This document shows positions 55,074-64,000 of a stretch of 64,000 nt of DNA, one piece after another. The position numbers and the translations under genes were made by a program. Source of the DNA: Candidatus Brocadiia bacterium. GTDB lineage: Bacteria; Planctomycetota; Brocadiia; CAIUPP01. The stretch spans positions 1 to 64,000 of the forward strand of contig JBKQWE010000085.1 in the NCBI GenBank assembly GCA_052139675.1, given 5' to 3'. The notes under the pieces were generated by a model. The model had not been told where the DNA came from. It made no database searches and saw nothing but the letters and a program-made list of their open reading frames with translations. Position 1 is the stretch's first letter; the number at the start of each line of letters is the position of its first letter.

Positions 55074-56843
55074 GTGGCAGGCGGCGGTTGGAAAAAGATT
55101 ATTCTACTGCTGGCCGTAACGACCGCGGCGGCCATTTCGGCGGGCTGCCATCGTCAGCCGGCGCCGGCGTCTGCGCCCAAGGCTGCTGAGATCGCGGGGC
55201 CTTTCACGCGACTGTTCGACACCGGGGCCGCACTTTCGCGGACTCTGACTGCCGCTGATCTTTCCGCAAATGAAGGCTGGACAGCGGTGGCGGAGGATGT
55301 CACGGCGCACGAGTTCGCCGGGGATGCGGTGGTCGTCAACGACAAACTGGCGTTGGTCCTGTCCGCGAACGGCGCAGGCGCGAGCCTCTATTCAAGGGCA
55401 GGGCAGGCCCTGCGACTGCGCGCCGTGTTGGCGCCTGTCGGCGATGTCGGGGAAATGCCGCTCGCGGGTCTCAGGATTTCCGAGAACAGCTTTGCGGCGG
55501 TCGCCCTGGAGTGCACGTTCACGTCCAGGGCGGGGAAGGCGGCCGCGGTCGCGTACCGCCTGACCACGGGCGCGAACCTGGTGGAGGTGCGCCCGGGCAA
55601 AGGGGCGGAGCGGCTGCGCATCGAGCAGGAGATCAAGCACGTCGTGGTCCCGGACTACTTTGCGGATGACGTGGTGGTCAGCGCCGGGAGTTCCGGCCGG
55701 TCGCGGGTGGGCTTGCCCGCGGAGAACTGCCTGGTCAACCTCACGGGCGAGGGCGATGCGATCACCGCGTGCGTCTGGAAGTACGGGCAGGCCGACGTGG
55801 ACGCGATCATGGAAGGAACGGGAGAGAAGGCCTCATTCCAGGGCATCGAGATCGGGTGCGTGGCGGGGAAGAGCCTTTGGGTTGCCCTTCTGGAAGGACC
55901 GGGCATCTGGCACAGCCGGAGGCTTGCGGCGGGCGAGACCGGCGAGGTGGAACTGGCGTGGAGACGGCCTTTCGCGGCGCAGTGGCGATGCGACGTGATC
56001 GGCGCCGGTGGTCTTGCGCATTCGAGCAGTTTTGCGGATGCCCCCGGCGCAGGCGCGGATGCGGCGCGGTGCTGGTTCGACCATGAGCGGGCGTTCGTGC
56101 GGCTCCTCGAACCGCCGCCGGGAGAGGCGAACGCGACGGCTACAGAGGGCGGGATGACGCTGGTGGTCTATCCCATTGACCGCAGCCCGGCGACGCCGCT
56201 GACGGCGTTCTGCATTAACGATGTCATGCGCAGCGCATTGGGCACGGGCCCGTGCCAATATGTTTTAGAGGCGGAAGGGATGGGGACGGAATACCCGGCG
56301 ACGCCCGACCTGGTCAGCCGGTGGCTGGAGGAGCAGTTCCGGAAAGGGAAGCTGAGGAAGGAATCGGCGGCGCTGCGGGAGCGGCTCGACCAGATGACGC
56401 ATCACATCGAGGAGGTCCAGGGCCGGATCAGGGATTACGGAAAGCTGGCGGATAGTATACAATCAGCCTGCGCCGACCTGGGACCGAACGGGCCGCTGGC
56501 ACAGAAGGTGCTGAAGCTCCTGGAGGAAATGCGGCGCGCGGTCGCAGACGATGAGGACATCCGCCGGTCGGCGGAGCAAGTGACGCAGGAGGTCCTCGCG
56601 CTGGCTGAGAAGGAGGTCGGCGCGGACGAATGGCAGGCGGAGATGGGAAAGGTGCGCGCGCTGGGCGCGACCCAGGACAGTTCCCTGGCGCGGTGCCGAA
56701 TGATTTTGCGGCAGGTCATACAGTTGTGCAGAGGAGCGGAAGGGACGGCGGCGGACTTTGCGGACAGGATTAAGAAGCTGGCGCAGTCCGGGCTTCGCAA
56801 GGAAGCCCCCATTCATGAGGAGAGAGGCAATGGCTCGGAATAG
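55074..56843 (+). CDS. Hypothetical lipoprotein, paralogue A of a tandem pair
   Basis: Lipobox AISAGC. Shares blocks with the next gene (RLFDTGAA, HEFAGDAV, VPDYFADD/MPDFFADD, LPAEN/LPSEN, GPCQYVLEAEG/GPCEYVLDVEG). Confidence 0.5.
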   Translation: MAGGGWKKIILLLAVTTAAAISAGCHRQPAPASAPKAAEIAGPFTRLFDTGAALSRTLTAADLSANEGWTAVAEDVTAHEFAGDAVVVNDKLALVLSANGAGASLYSRAGQALRLRAVLAPVGDVGEMPLAGLRISENSFAAVALECTFTSRAGKAAAVAYRLTTGANLVEVRPGKGAERLRIEQEIKHVVVPDYFADDVVVSAGSSGRSRVGLPAENCLVNLTGEGDAITACVWKYGQADVDAIMEGTGEKASFQGIEIGCVAGKSLWVALLEGPGIWHSRRLAAGETGEVELAWRRPFAAQWRCDVIGAGGLAHSSSFADAPGAGADAARCWFDHERAFVRLLEPPPGEANATATEGGMTLVVYPIDRSPATPLTAFCINDVMRSALGTGPCQYVLEAEGMGTEYPATPDLVSRWLEEQFRKGKLRKESAALRERLDQMTHHIEEVQGRIRDYGKLADSIQSACADLGPNGPLAQKVLKLLEEMRRAVADDEDIRRSAEQVTQEVLALAEKEVGADEWQAEMGKVRALGATQDSSLARCRMILRQVIQLCRGAEGTAADFADRIKKLAQSGLRKEAPIHEERGNGSE

Positions 56844-59175
56844 CTGGAGCGGCCGGATGGTCCTGGCGGCTTTTGTCGTGCTGGCCGGGACGGCGGGGCT
56901 GGCCTCGGCGGCGGATGCGCAAAGGCCGAAGAACCTCCTGGCGAATCCGAGCTTCGAGATGGGAGCGGATCCGTGGGAGATGGATTCGGCGGACGGCTGC
57001 GAGGCGCGGTTCACGGTGGATAAGCAGGACGCGCGGGACGGCGAGTTCAGCGCGCTGGTTACGGTGGATAAGGTGGCTGAATACGGAGTGCAACTGGGGC
57101 AGAAAATTCCCGCCGGGCGGGTGGGCGGCACCTACACGTTTGCGGTCCTGGCCAAGGCCGTGGAAGGGCCGGCGACAATCGCCCTGCGAGTGGAGCGCGG
57201 CGCCGAGCCGTGGGATGCGCCCGGGCAGAGCGAGCCGGTCGCGCTGCGGAAGGACCAGTGGACGGAACTGCACATCACGTTCAAGGTGGACAAGCCATAC
57301 CCCGAAGGATGGTTCGCCTTCGTGTCTTGCGGCCAGGCGAAGAGCCGGTTCCGGCTGGACGGCGCGCGGCTGTACGAGGGAGAGTACGTCGCTTACCAGA
57401 AGGAAGCGCAGGCGGTGACGGCGGATGCAGGAGTGCGGCTGTTCGACACCGGCGCGGCTTCCGCCGATCCGCTTTCCGCGGCGGCGCTGTCGCAAAGGAG
57501 CGGCTGGACGCAATTGCCCGAGGACCAGGTGAAGCACGAATTCGCCGGCGACGCGGTCTTCCTGAACAACCGCCTGGCGGTGGCGCTGAGGCGAGGCGGG
57601 CACGGCGCGGAATTGTATTCGGCGGGAGCCGAGGGCTGGAAGGAACGAGCGGCGCTGGTCCCGGTCGGCCAGGGGCCGACGGATCCGGGCAAGATTCAAC
57701 TCTCGTCGGTCAAGGTCGTGGAAAATAACCCGGGAGACGTGAAGGTCGAGGCGGCGTTCCAGGCGGACGGAAAGCCGCTGAGCGTGGGATACGAACTCAA
57801 GATCGGCCAGCTTTACGTCAAGACGGAGCCGAAGGAAGGCGTCCGCGCCCTGCGGGTCGAGGCCGCGTGCCGCTTCGCGGTGATGCCGGACTTCTTCGCG
57901 GACGACATTATGCTGGACGCGACGGAGTTGCCGGTCGCGCGGGCGGAGCTGCCGAGCGAGAACTTCCTGCTGGAGATGCTCGAGGGGAACGACGCGTTGC
58001 TGATGAGCGTCTGGACGGAGCAGGACGAGGACGTGGCCGTCACGCTGAACGGGCAGGACGCGGCCAAGAGGATTGACGGCGCGGAGATCCAGTATGGCGC
58101 CAAGGGAAACGTGTGGGTCGCGGTGATGACGGCGCCGCAGATCTGGCACGTGCGGGACATCGGCCCGCAGGACATGAAGAAGGTGATTCCGCTGGAGTGG
58201 AAACAGCCTTATCCGGCGGTCTGGCGGGTGGACTGGCACAGGACCGACAAGCTGGCGGACAGTTGGGAGATGATCATGGAGCGCCCGGACGGGGCGTTCG
58301 CCAAGTACGGCTGGTTCCGCGGCATGGACGAGGTTCCGGCTGACCGCACGCGGTGGGCGACGGTGCTCGGCGATTTTCTCTATCCGTGCTGGATAGACAA
58401 GGACGGCCGCGGGAACCTGCAACCGCAGCCCTTCAGGCAGCGCGCGCGGTTCCAGGGACCGACGTTGATCTATCCCATCATGAGGCTGGGCGGCACGCCG
58501 CTGGACGCTTACACGGTGGTGGACGTGGTCCGCGCGACGCTGGGCGTGGGGCCCTGCGAGTACGTGCTGGACGTGGAAGGACAGCGCGCGCACTCCATGG
58601 GGATTGCGACGTGCGCGTGCCGGGACACCCTCACGCCGATTTACGAGCAGCATCAGCAGGGGCAGCGCAAGGCGGAGATCGAGCGCGCTCTCACCGATGT
58701 TATGCTCTTCGTGCGATTCATCCGCGGCCGGGTCGAGACGTACGTGACCTTCGGCCACGATATGTCGGGATACCTGGCCGAGTACGGAAAGGCGCATCCC
58801 GAGCTAGCCCCGCAGGTCGCGGAACTGGAGCGGCTGACCCGGGTCATTGACGAAAGGTACAACCGGCTGAGGGAGAACATCAAGACGCCCGACCAGACGC
58901 AGGAACTCGTGGACGCCTTCCGGAAGGCGCATCTGACCGACGAAACTCCGCAGGCGCTGGACGCGTGCAAGGAATTCACGAAGGCGCTGGTGGTGATCGG
59001 CGGCAGCCAGGACGAACTCGCCGGCGAGTGCCGGCAGGCGGTGAAGGTGCTGCGGCAGCAGGCGGGGCTCGCGATTGCGACGGACATCCGGATGGTGGAA
59101 CTGGCCAAGGAGGTCCGCAAACGAAGCCAGGAAGTGCTGCGCAGGCCGTCCTTCCATGAATGGCCGAGGTATTGA
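56830..59175 (+). CDS. Hypothetical secreted protein, paralogue B, with extra N-terminal CBM-like beta-sandwich
   Basis: Signal peptide, then a roughly 200-aa CBM4/9/22-like domain (NLLANPSFEMGADPWEMDS...GEFSALVTV...), then a body homologous to paralogue A. The start overlaps the end of gene A by 14 nt, with GAGGAGAGAGG RBS. Confidence 0.5.
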   Translation: MARNSWSGRMVLAAFVVLAGTAGLASAADAQRPKNLLANPSFEMGADPWEMDSADGCEARFTVDKQDARDGEFSALVTVDKVAEYGVQLGQKIPAGRVGGTYTFAVLAKAVEGPATIALRVERGAEPWDAPGQSEPVALRKDQWTELHITFKVDKPYPEGWFAFVSCGQAKSRFRLDGARLYEGEYVAYQKEAQAVTADAGVRLFDTGAASADPLSAAALSQRSGWTQLPEDQVKHEFAGDAVFLNNRLAVALRRGGHGAELYSAGAEGWKERAALVPVGQGPTDPGKIQLSSVKVVENNPGDVKVEAAFQADGKPLSVGYELKIGQLYVKTEPKEGVRALRVEAACRFAVMPDFFADDIMLDATELPVARAELPSENFLLEMLEGNDALLMSVWTEQDEDVAVTLNGQDAAKRIDGAEIQYGAKGNVWVAVMTAPQIWHVRDIGPQDMKKVIPLEWKQPYPAVWRVDWHRTDKLADSWEMIMERPDGAFAKYGWFRGMDEVPADRTRWATVLGDFLYPCWIDKDGRGNLQPQPFRQRARFQGPTLIYPIMRLGGTPLDAYTVVDVVRATLGVGPCEYVLDVEGQRAHSMGIATCACRDTLTPIYEQHQQGQRKAEIERALTDVMLFVRFIRGRVETYVTFGHDMSGYLAEYGKAHPELAPQVAELERLTRVIDERYNRLRENIKTPDQTQELVDAFRKAHLTDETPQALDACKEFTKALVVIGGSQDELAGECRQAVKVLRQQAGLAIATDIRMVELAKEVRKRSQEVLRRPSFHEWPRY

Positions 59176-59179
59176 GGCC

Positions 59180-60076
59180 ATGAAGCCCGTCGAGATGCGA
59201 CGCTGCGTCTTGGTCATGCTGGCGGGAGCGGTGTTGCTCCTGGGCTGCCTGGTCAACTGCGGCTGCCGGAAGAAGGATAACTCGCCGGCGACGCCCGTCC
59301 AGTCCATCCGGACCGCGGGCGGGATCGAGATGGTCCTCGTTCCCGCCGGCGATTTTCTCATGGGGAACGATCGCGGCGAAGAGGACGAGAAGCCGGCGCA
59401 CCGGGTCCACGTGAGCAGTTTCTATATGGACAAATTCGAGGTGACGCAGAAGTCCTTCGAGGGACTGATGGGGACGAACCCGTCCAAGTTCAAAGGCCCG
59501 GACAAACCGGTGGAGCGGGTCAGTTGGCTCGCGGCGGTCAAGTACTGCAACATGCGATCGCTGAAGGAGGGACTCAAGCCCTGCTACGACCTGGAGACCA
59601 TGGCGTGCAACTTCGATGCGGACGGGTATCGGCTGCCGACCGAGGCGGAATGGGAGTGCGCCTGCCGCGCCGGGAGCACGACGGATTATTCCTTCGGAAA
59701 CGATCCGGCGCTGCTGCGCGACTACGGCTGGTTCAAGGACAACTCCGGCGAGACGACGAATCCCGTGGGCGAGAAGCGGCCGAACGCGTGGGGCCTGCAC
59801 GACATGCACGGGAACGTCTCGGAGTGGTGCAACGACTTCTACGCGGAAGATGCCTATCGCCAGTCCGGCGGCGACGAGCCGCATGGGCCGGCGACCGGAG
59901 AGAAGCGCGTGCTTCGCGGCGGGAACTGGCGGAGCGATGCCGGCCAGTGCCGGTCGAGCGCGCGATCGGCGGAGTCGCCCGGATTTGCCGACGTGTGCTT
60001 CGGCTACGAGACCTACGGCTTCCGGTGCGCGCGGAAGGCGGCGCCGGGAGCCGGCAAGCAGGGCGGCGGGACTTGA
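59180..60076 (+). CDS. FGE-sulfatase (SUMF1-like) domain lipoprotein
   Basis: Lipobox LLLGC, then RVSWLAAVKYCN, GYRLPTEAEWECACRAGSTTDY, HDMHGNVSEWCND, LRGGNW FGE-domain motifs. Confidence 0.85.
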   Translation: MKPVEMRRCVLVMLAGAVLLLGCLVNCGCRKKDNSPATPVQSIRTAGGIEMVLVPAGDFLMGNDRGEEDEKPAHRVHVSSFYMDKFEVTQKSFEGLMGTNPSKFKGPDKPVERVSWLAAVKYCNMRSLKEGLKPCYDLETMACNFDADGYRLPTEAEWECACRAGSTTDYSFGNDPALLRDYGWFKDNSGETTNPVGEKRPNAWGLHDMHGNVSEWCNDFYAEDAYRQSGGDEPHGPATGEKRVLRGGNWRSDAGQCRSSARSAESPGFADVCFGYETYGFRCARKAAPGAGKQGGGT

Positions 60077-60129
60077 ACCCGCGTCCTCCGGCCCCAGTCC
60101 GGGCAGCAACCGGTCAGGGGTGACGGGCA

Positions 60130-61425
60130 TTGGAGTCTGCCGTGATCACGCAAACCGACCTGTACCGCCGACTGAAGCTCGCGGTGGACGGCATGCCGGC
60201 GATTGACACGCACGTTCATCTCGATGCCGCCGATCCGCTCAGCCCGGACGTGCTGGCGGTGGTCCAGTACCACAACTACTTCAGCGAAGTGACCGGCGCA
60301 GCGGCCGAACTGCCGTTCGATGACCGCATGCCGCCGCGCGAACGCCTGCGGGCGATGGCGCCTCTTCTGAAGATCTCGAACCGTTCCGCCCACGCCTGGA
60401 TGCTGCGGGAGACGCTGCGGCAGGTTTACGGCTTCGACGAGGAATTGACGCCGAAAAACTGCGATCGGCTTTACGATGAATCCGTCGCGCGCCGGCAGCG
60501 GCCCGGCCGCTTCGCCGAAGTCTGCCGCATCGCCGGAGTGTCCGGCATCCTCGTCCATCTTCCGCCCCGGCCCGTGGCGCAGTGCGGCGCGGATGACGCG
60601 ATCTTCGTCGGCCTGAGCGACCTGCGCGTTCCCGCCCTGCCGGACCGGAAAGCGCTCGCGTCCTTCGAAAAACAATCCGGCCACGCGGTTCACGGCCCGC
60701 GCGATTTACTGGAGGCCGCCGTCTCCTGCTGCAAGCGCTCCGCCGACGCCGGGCAGGCGGGCCTGCGCGTCAATATCCCGCCGGGCTGCGTCATTCGCGA
60801 TGGGACGCCGGCTGAGCGGGAAAACGCTTTCGCCAAGGCTGCGACCGACAAAACGCTTTCGCCGGAGGAGACGCAACTCCTTCAAACGCTGGCGCTGGAC
60901 GCCGCCGCGACGGGCGCGGCGGCGTCCGGGCTGGCCGTGCAAATATTCCTCGCGACCGGACTGGTGAACGGCGTTTCGTTCCCCGCCGCCGATCCGCATC
61001 TCCTGAGTTCGCTGATAACGTATCTCACGCGCTATCCGAAGGTCCGCTTTGAAGTCTACACGGTCGTCGAGAGCTTCACCCAGCCGCTCGGCCTCCTGGC
61101 CAAGTACCGGCGGAACTGCCACCTCGGCGGCTGCTGGTGGTTCTGCCAGTTTCCCGAGATCATGGCGCAGACCTACTCGCTGCGCCTGGACATGCTGCCG
61201 GCCTCGAAGTGGAGCGCTTTCTTCAGCGACTCCTACGTGGCCGAATGGATCGTGGGCAAGATGGCCCTCACGCGGAAAGAGCTGACGAAAGCGCTGGCCC
61301 TCAAGGTGGCGGACGGGTACATGACCGAGGAGGACGCGCTGGCGACAGCGCGCGAGGCGCTGTTCGAAACGCCCAGCCGGATCTACGGCCTGCCCCGGAA
61401 ACAGCGCACGTTGCAGGGGCATTGA
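60130..61425 (+). CDS. Metal-dependent TIM-barrel hydrolase/isomerase (amidohydrolase-superfamily, glucuronate-isomerase-like)
   Basis: N-terminal IDTHVHLDAADP HxH motif. 431 aa. TTG/GTG start uncertain. Confidence 0.4.
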   Translation: MESAVITQTDLYRRLKLAVDGMPAIDTHVHLDAADPLSPDVLAVVQYHNYFSEVTGAAAELPFDDRMPPRERLRAMAPLLKISNRSAHAWMLRETLRQVYGFDEELTPKNCDRLYDESVARRQRPGRFAEVCRIAGVSGILVHLPPRPVAQCGADDAIFVGLSDLRVPALPDRKALASFEKQSGHAVHGPRDLLEAAVSCCKRSADAGQAGLRVNIPPGCVIRDGTPAERENAFAKAATDKTLSPEETQLLQTLALDAAATGAAASGLAVQIFLATGLVNGVSFPAADPHLLSSLITYLTRYPKVRFEVYTVVESFTQPLGLLAKYRRNCHLGGCWWFCQFPEIMAQTYSLRLDMLPASKWSAFFSDSYVAEWIVGKMALTRKELTKALALKVADGYMTEEDALATAREALFETPSRIYGLPRKQRTLQGH

Positions 61426-61438
61426 AGCGGTATCACCG

Positions 61439-63655
61439 TTACGGCGCCGGCGGCGCGGCCGTCTGGGCATCCACCGTTACGTCGAAGCCGCCCTGGCGCG
61501 AGCCGTGCCAGGTGGCCGCCTCAAACCTGCCCTTGGCCGCCTCCCATTTCCACGTGTCGGCGATGCCCTGCCCGCTGACCGTGATCGTCGCCTTGTCCGG
61601 ACCGTCGGGCGTCAGGGTGACTTTCACTTCCTTGTGCCACGGGTCAATGACGCAGGCGTAGCGCGCGGCGTTTCCCTTGGCGCTGGCCTGGAGCTGTTGC
61701 CAGTTCATCAGTTTGCTGCGATCGTTGGCGGTCGAGACGCCGATCTTCGACTTGAGCGGCACGTCCGCCACAAGCTGGAACTCGCACTCGGCAGCGCCCT
61801 TGGCCAGCCGGTAGCGCCCCTCGGCCGCGTTCACCGGCTGGAGCCTGGCGCCCTGGATGAGCCAGGTGATCTCGACCGGCTTCGGCGAGCGGATGTCGTC
61901 GAACGTCAGAATGTAGCCGTCCTTGACCCAGATGAAAGTCCGGCGGAAACGGTCAATGGCCGGGCGGCTCTTCTTGGCCGCGGCATCCTCGTAAGCCAGG
62001 TACGACCCGGCCGCCTCGCCTTCGGCCACCACGACATCGCCGGCGTCCTTATAGGCGGTGATCTTGGCCATCTCCGTCATGTCGTGATCGCCGGGCTGTT
62101 GCCACTCCTGCCCTTCGGGTTGCCCGTCCGCGGCCTGGCCGATGCCGTTGATCAGGATCGTGTTGACGCTCGAGGAGAGCTTGCCCGGCCTCTCCGCATA
62201 GCGGTCCGTCTCGGCCAGGTACTCGCCATCGCCCAGGACGACGAAGGAATTCGCGTCGGGATGATCATGGGCCACGTTTTCGTAGGGCAGCTTGCCGTCG
62301 GCGTCCTTGCGGCTCAATCGCCAGGCGCCGGCCTTGTAGCCGCCCATCGGGCCGCACTTGAACATCGCGGCCACGGCCTTGTCCTGCCAGGAATCGCGCG
62401 TGACGGAAATCCCCAAGTCCGGCAGGAACGCCGTCGTCGGCAGGTTGGCGTAATGGCCGCCCTGCACGGTCTGATCATTGAAGATCAGCGGCTGCCATGC
62501 GGACCCCTTCGCGCTCCATCCTTTGTCGTTGACTTGCAGGCCATGCCGGATGCCGTCCATGACGTCGGCCTGCTTATATATAGCGGCTGTTTTCAGGAAG
62601 AACGGATTGAAACTGGCCCCCTTGGTGAAGCAGTCGCCGAAGTACAGGGCCTCGGTCAGGCCCGGCGCCGAGATGTCCAGCGCGTAGGTGGCCACATTCC
62701 GATAGAACGGCAAGTCGAGATAATGCGTCCCGCTCAAATCGTCCGAGACTTTGAGCGCCATGCCCAGGGCGCCGGAACTGCCGCCGTAATAGGGTCCCTC
62801 GTGCTGGCTGCCGTCCGCCGGCAACCAGTCCGCCATGAACTTGAGTTCCTTCTCCACCTCGCTGAGCAGCCACTGTTCCTCCGGTTTGCCCTCGCCCGTG
62901 CCGAGGGCGGCCAGCGTCATGCCCCAGTCCCGGAACCAGCGGTGATTGTACGCCGGCACGCCGTGCCAGTAGTCGCCGCCGGGATTGGCGCCCTTGTGGC
63001 CGCCGTAGTACATCGCGCGGGCATGCTGCCAGAGCACCTGGCGGAACTCCTCGCGGAACGCCGGGTCCAGATCGTTGTACAGCCAGTCCCACGTCAGCGA
63101 CGCGCCGACCATCGTGAACGACGCCGTCGTATCGCTGTTCCGCTCATCGCGCGGTCCGAGCTGCTTCAACTTCTGCATGACCTTGGCATAGGCCTCCGGC
63201 GTGTCGGCCACGGCCGGCTCGCCGCCCTCGGTCCAATCGGCCGTCCCGGCCAGCCATTTCAGGTAAGCTACCGACTTCTCGAACGAGGCGTGGTCCTTCG
63301 TCAGCACATAGTGCAGGGCCACCGTCGGAATCTTGAGCAGCCCGTATTCCTGGCCCCAGGCCGGGCTCGTCTTGCGATCTTTCGGCACCGTGCACTCGGC
63401 GACATAACTTTCGATGTACGCCCGGTAGATGCTGCCCTGCGGGCTGTTGAACAAGGCCTTGAGCTGCGGAATCCGCTCGGCGGTGATCAGCAGCCTCGGA
63501 TGCTTGTTCGCAGCGGCATCAAGGTACTTGACGGCCGGCCCTTCCGCCGCGGCCGGATCCTTTTCCGGCATGATCGGCCCCGCGGCCCGTACCGACGCAG
63601 CAAAGACCAACGCAGCCGAAACCAGCGCCGCCGACGGCAGGAGGATCTTCATCAT
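61439..63655 (-). CDS. Heparinase II/III-like polysaccharide lyase family protein
   Basis: Signal peptide MMKILLPSAALVSAALVFAASVRA. Alpha/alpha-toroid N-terminal region and HDHPDANSFVV heparinase II/III-type motif. 738 aa. Confidence 0.65.
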   Translation of the reverse strand: MMKILLPSAALVSAALVFAASVRAAGPIMPEKDPAAAEGPAVKYLDAAANKHPRLLITAERIPQLKALFNSPQGSIYRAYIESYVAECTVPKDRKTSPAWGQEYGLLKIPTVALHYVLTKDHASFEKSVAYLKWLAGTADWTEGGEPAVADTPEAYAKVMQKLKQLGPRDERNSDTTASFTMVGASLTWDWLYNDLDPAFREEFRQVLWQHARAMYYGGHKGANPGGDYWHGVPAYNHRWFRDWGMTLAALGTGEGKPEEQWLLSEVEKELKFMADWLPADGSQHEGPYYGGSSGALGMALKVSDDLSGTHYLDLPFYRNVATYALDISAPGLTEALYFGDCFTKGASFNPFFLKTAAIYKQADVMDGIRHGLQVNDKGWSAKGSAWQPLIFNDQTVQGGHYANLPTTAFLPDLGISVTRDSWQDKAVAAMFKCGPMGGYKAGAWRLSRKDADGKLPYENVAHDHPDANSFVVLGDGEYLAETDRYAERPGKLSSSVNTILINGIGQAADGQPEGQEWQQPGDHDMTEMAKITAYKDAGDVVVAEGEAAGSYLAYEDAAAKKSRPAIDRFRRTFIWVKDGYILTFDDIRSPKPVEITWLIQGARLQPVNAAEGRYRLAKGAAECEFQLVADVPLKSKIGVSTANDRSKLMNWQQLQASAKGNAARYACVIDPWHKEVKVTLTPDGPDKATITVSGQGIADTWKWEAAKGRFEAATWHGSRQGGFDVTVDAQTAAPPAP

Positions 63656-63790
63656 TTGTCCTTCCGAACTGGTCTACCGATTCAGCCGGGATTTCCCGTT
63701 TGACCGTCCTCCGAAGGACGGTCGGCTTTGACGTATGAGACTAGAGAGTTCGGTTGCCGCTGTCAAATCAACCCCGTCGCGGCAGACCTG
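63656..63790 (-). promoter_or_regulatory. Conserved promoter plus leader/operator motif, copy 2
   Basis: Sense reads TTGACA-N17-TAGTCT-CAT, then gaccgtcc-tccgaa-ggacggtc (8-9-bp perfect palindrome), then AAATCCCGGCTGAA, GGAAGGA RBS and ATG of the heparinase-like gene. Matches 13510-13640. Confidence 0.5.
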
Positions 63791-63795
63791 CGGCG

Positions 63796-64000
63796 CTACC
63801 GCACCTGCTCCCGGATCCCTCCGAAAAGCTCCCGCAGGCGATGCATCCGTTCCGAGTCGAAATAAGGCCGTTCGAGCGCGCGCAGGTTCGCTTGCAGGCG
63901 ATCAGGGCTCGCCATGCCCACGCAACAGGTGCTGACATCGTGCGCGAGCACGTAGCGCAGCGCCGCTTCCGGCACGGGATACGGCTGGAGAAAGTCGAAC
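63796..64000 (-). CDS. Aldo/keto reductase, C-terminal fragment (gene continues past window end)
   Basis: Reverse-strand translation ...FDFLQPYPVPEAALRYVLAHDVSTCCVGMASPDRLQANLRALERPYFDSERMHRLRELFGGIREQVR* resembles AKR C-termini. Partial. Confidence 0.55.
   Translation of the reverse strand, partial: FDFLQPYPVPEAALRYVLAHDVSTCCVGMASPDRLQANLRALERPYFDSERMHRLRELFGGIREQVR

Noticed and set aside
1-64000. tRNA, rRNA, tmRNA, RNase P, SRP RNA genes
   Set aside because: Scanning intergenic regions by eye I found no T-loop GGTTCGAATCC-type motifs with matching acceptor stems and no conserved motifs of the common structured RNAs. A covariance-model scan (tRNAscan-SE, Infernal/Rfam) would be needed to be certain, particularly in 24604-25260 and 44590-44900.
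1-64000. Prophage, integron, transposon or genomic island
   Set aside because: No integrase, transposase, recombinase, phage structural, or toxin-antitoxin gene was recognised. GC content appears uniform across the window.

Overview
High-GC (about 65-70%) bacterial chromosomal segment with dense coding on both strands and no rRNA, tRNA, CRISPR array, integrase or transposase that I could find. I support about 50 protein genes. Housekeeping genes include lepA, hemW, degP/htrA, ltaE and a MarR regulator. The remainder is dominated by envelope and carbohydrate-active functions: a flotillin, two SDR sugar epimerases, a DegT aminotransferase, MFS transporter, GH4 hydrolase, GH94-like phosphorylase, sugar-phosphate isomerase, Gfo/Idh/MocA oxidoreductase, heparinase II/III-like lyase, a DUF3300/DUF2950/DUF2079 cluster, a D-amino-acid module, and an 8-gene operon of MBOAT, SGNH-like, TolB-like, two tandem paralogous lipoproteins, an FGE-domain protein and an amidohydrolase-like protein. 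The most unusual content is non-coding. (1) Five intergenic long-stem hairpin elements whose arms are tandem hexanucleotide repeats, in two sequence subfamilies (CGTAAT and CGTCCT units). (2) A roughly 140-bp double-hairpin repeat present twice at convergent gene junctions. (3) A roughly 100-nt promoter-plus-leader motif conserved upstream of two polysaccharide-utilisation genes, containing a GACCGTCC..GGACGGTC palindrome. (4) A tandem roughly 140-bp repeat array in a convergent intergenic gap. (5) A 650-bp AT-richer, repeat-dense intergenic region upstream of lepA. All coordinates of non-coding elements are read by eye and may be off by 1-3 nt. Many long antisense ORFs in the supplied track are GC-driven artefacts and were rejected.
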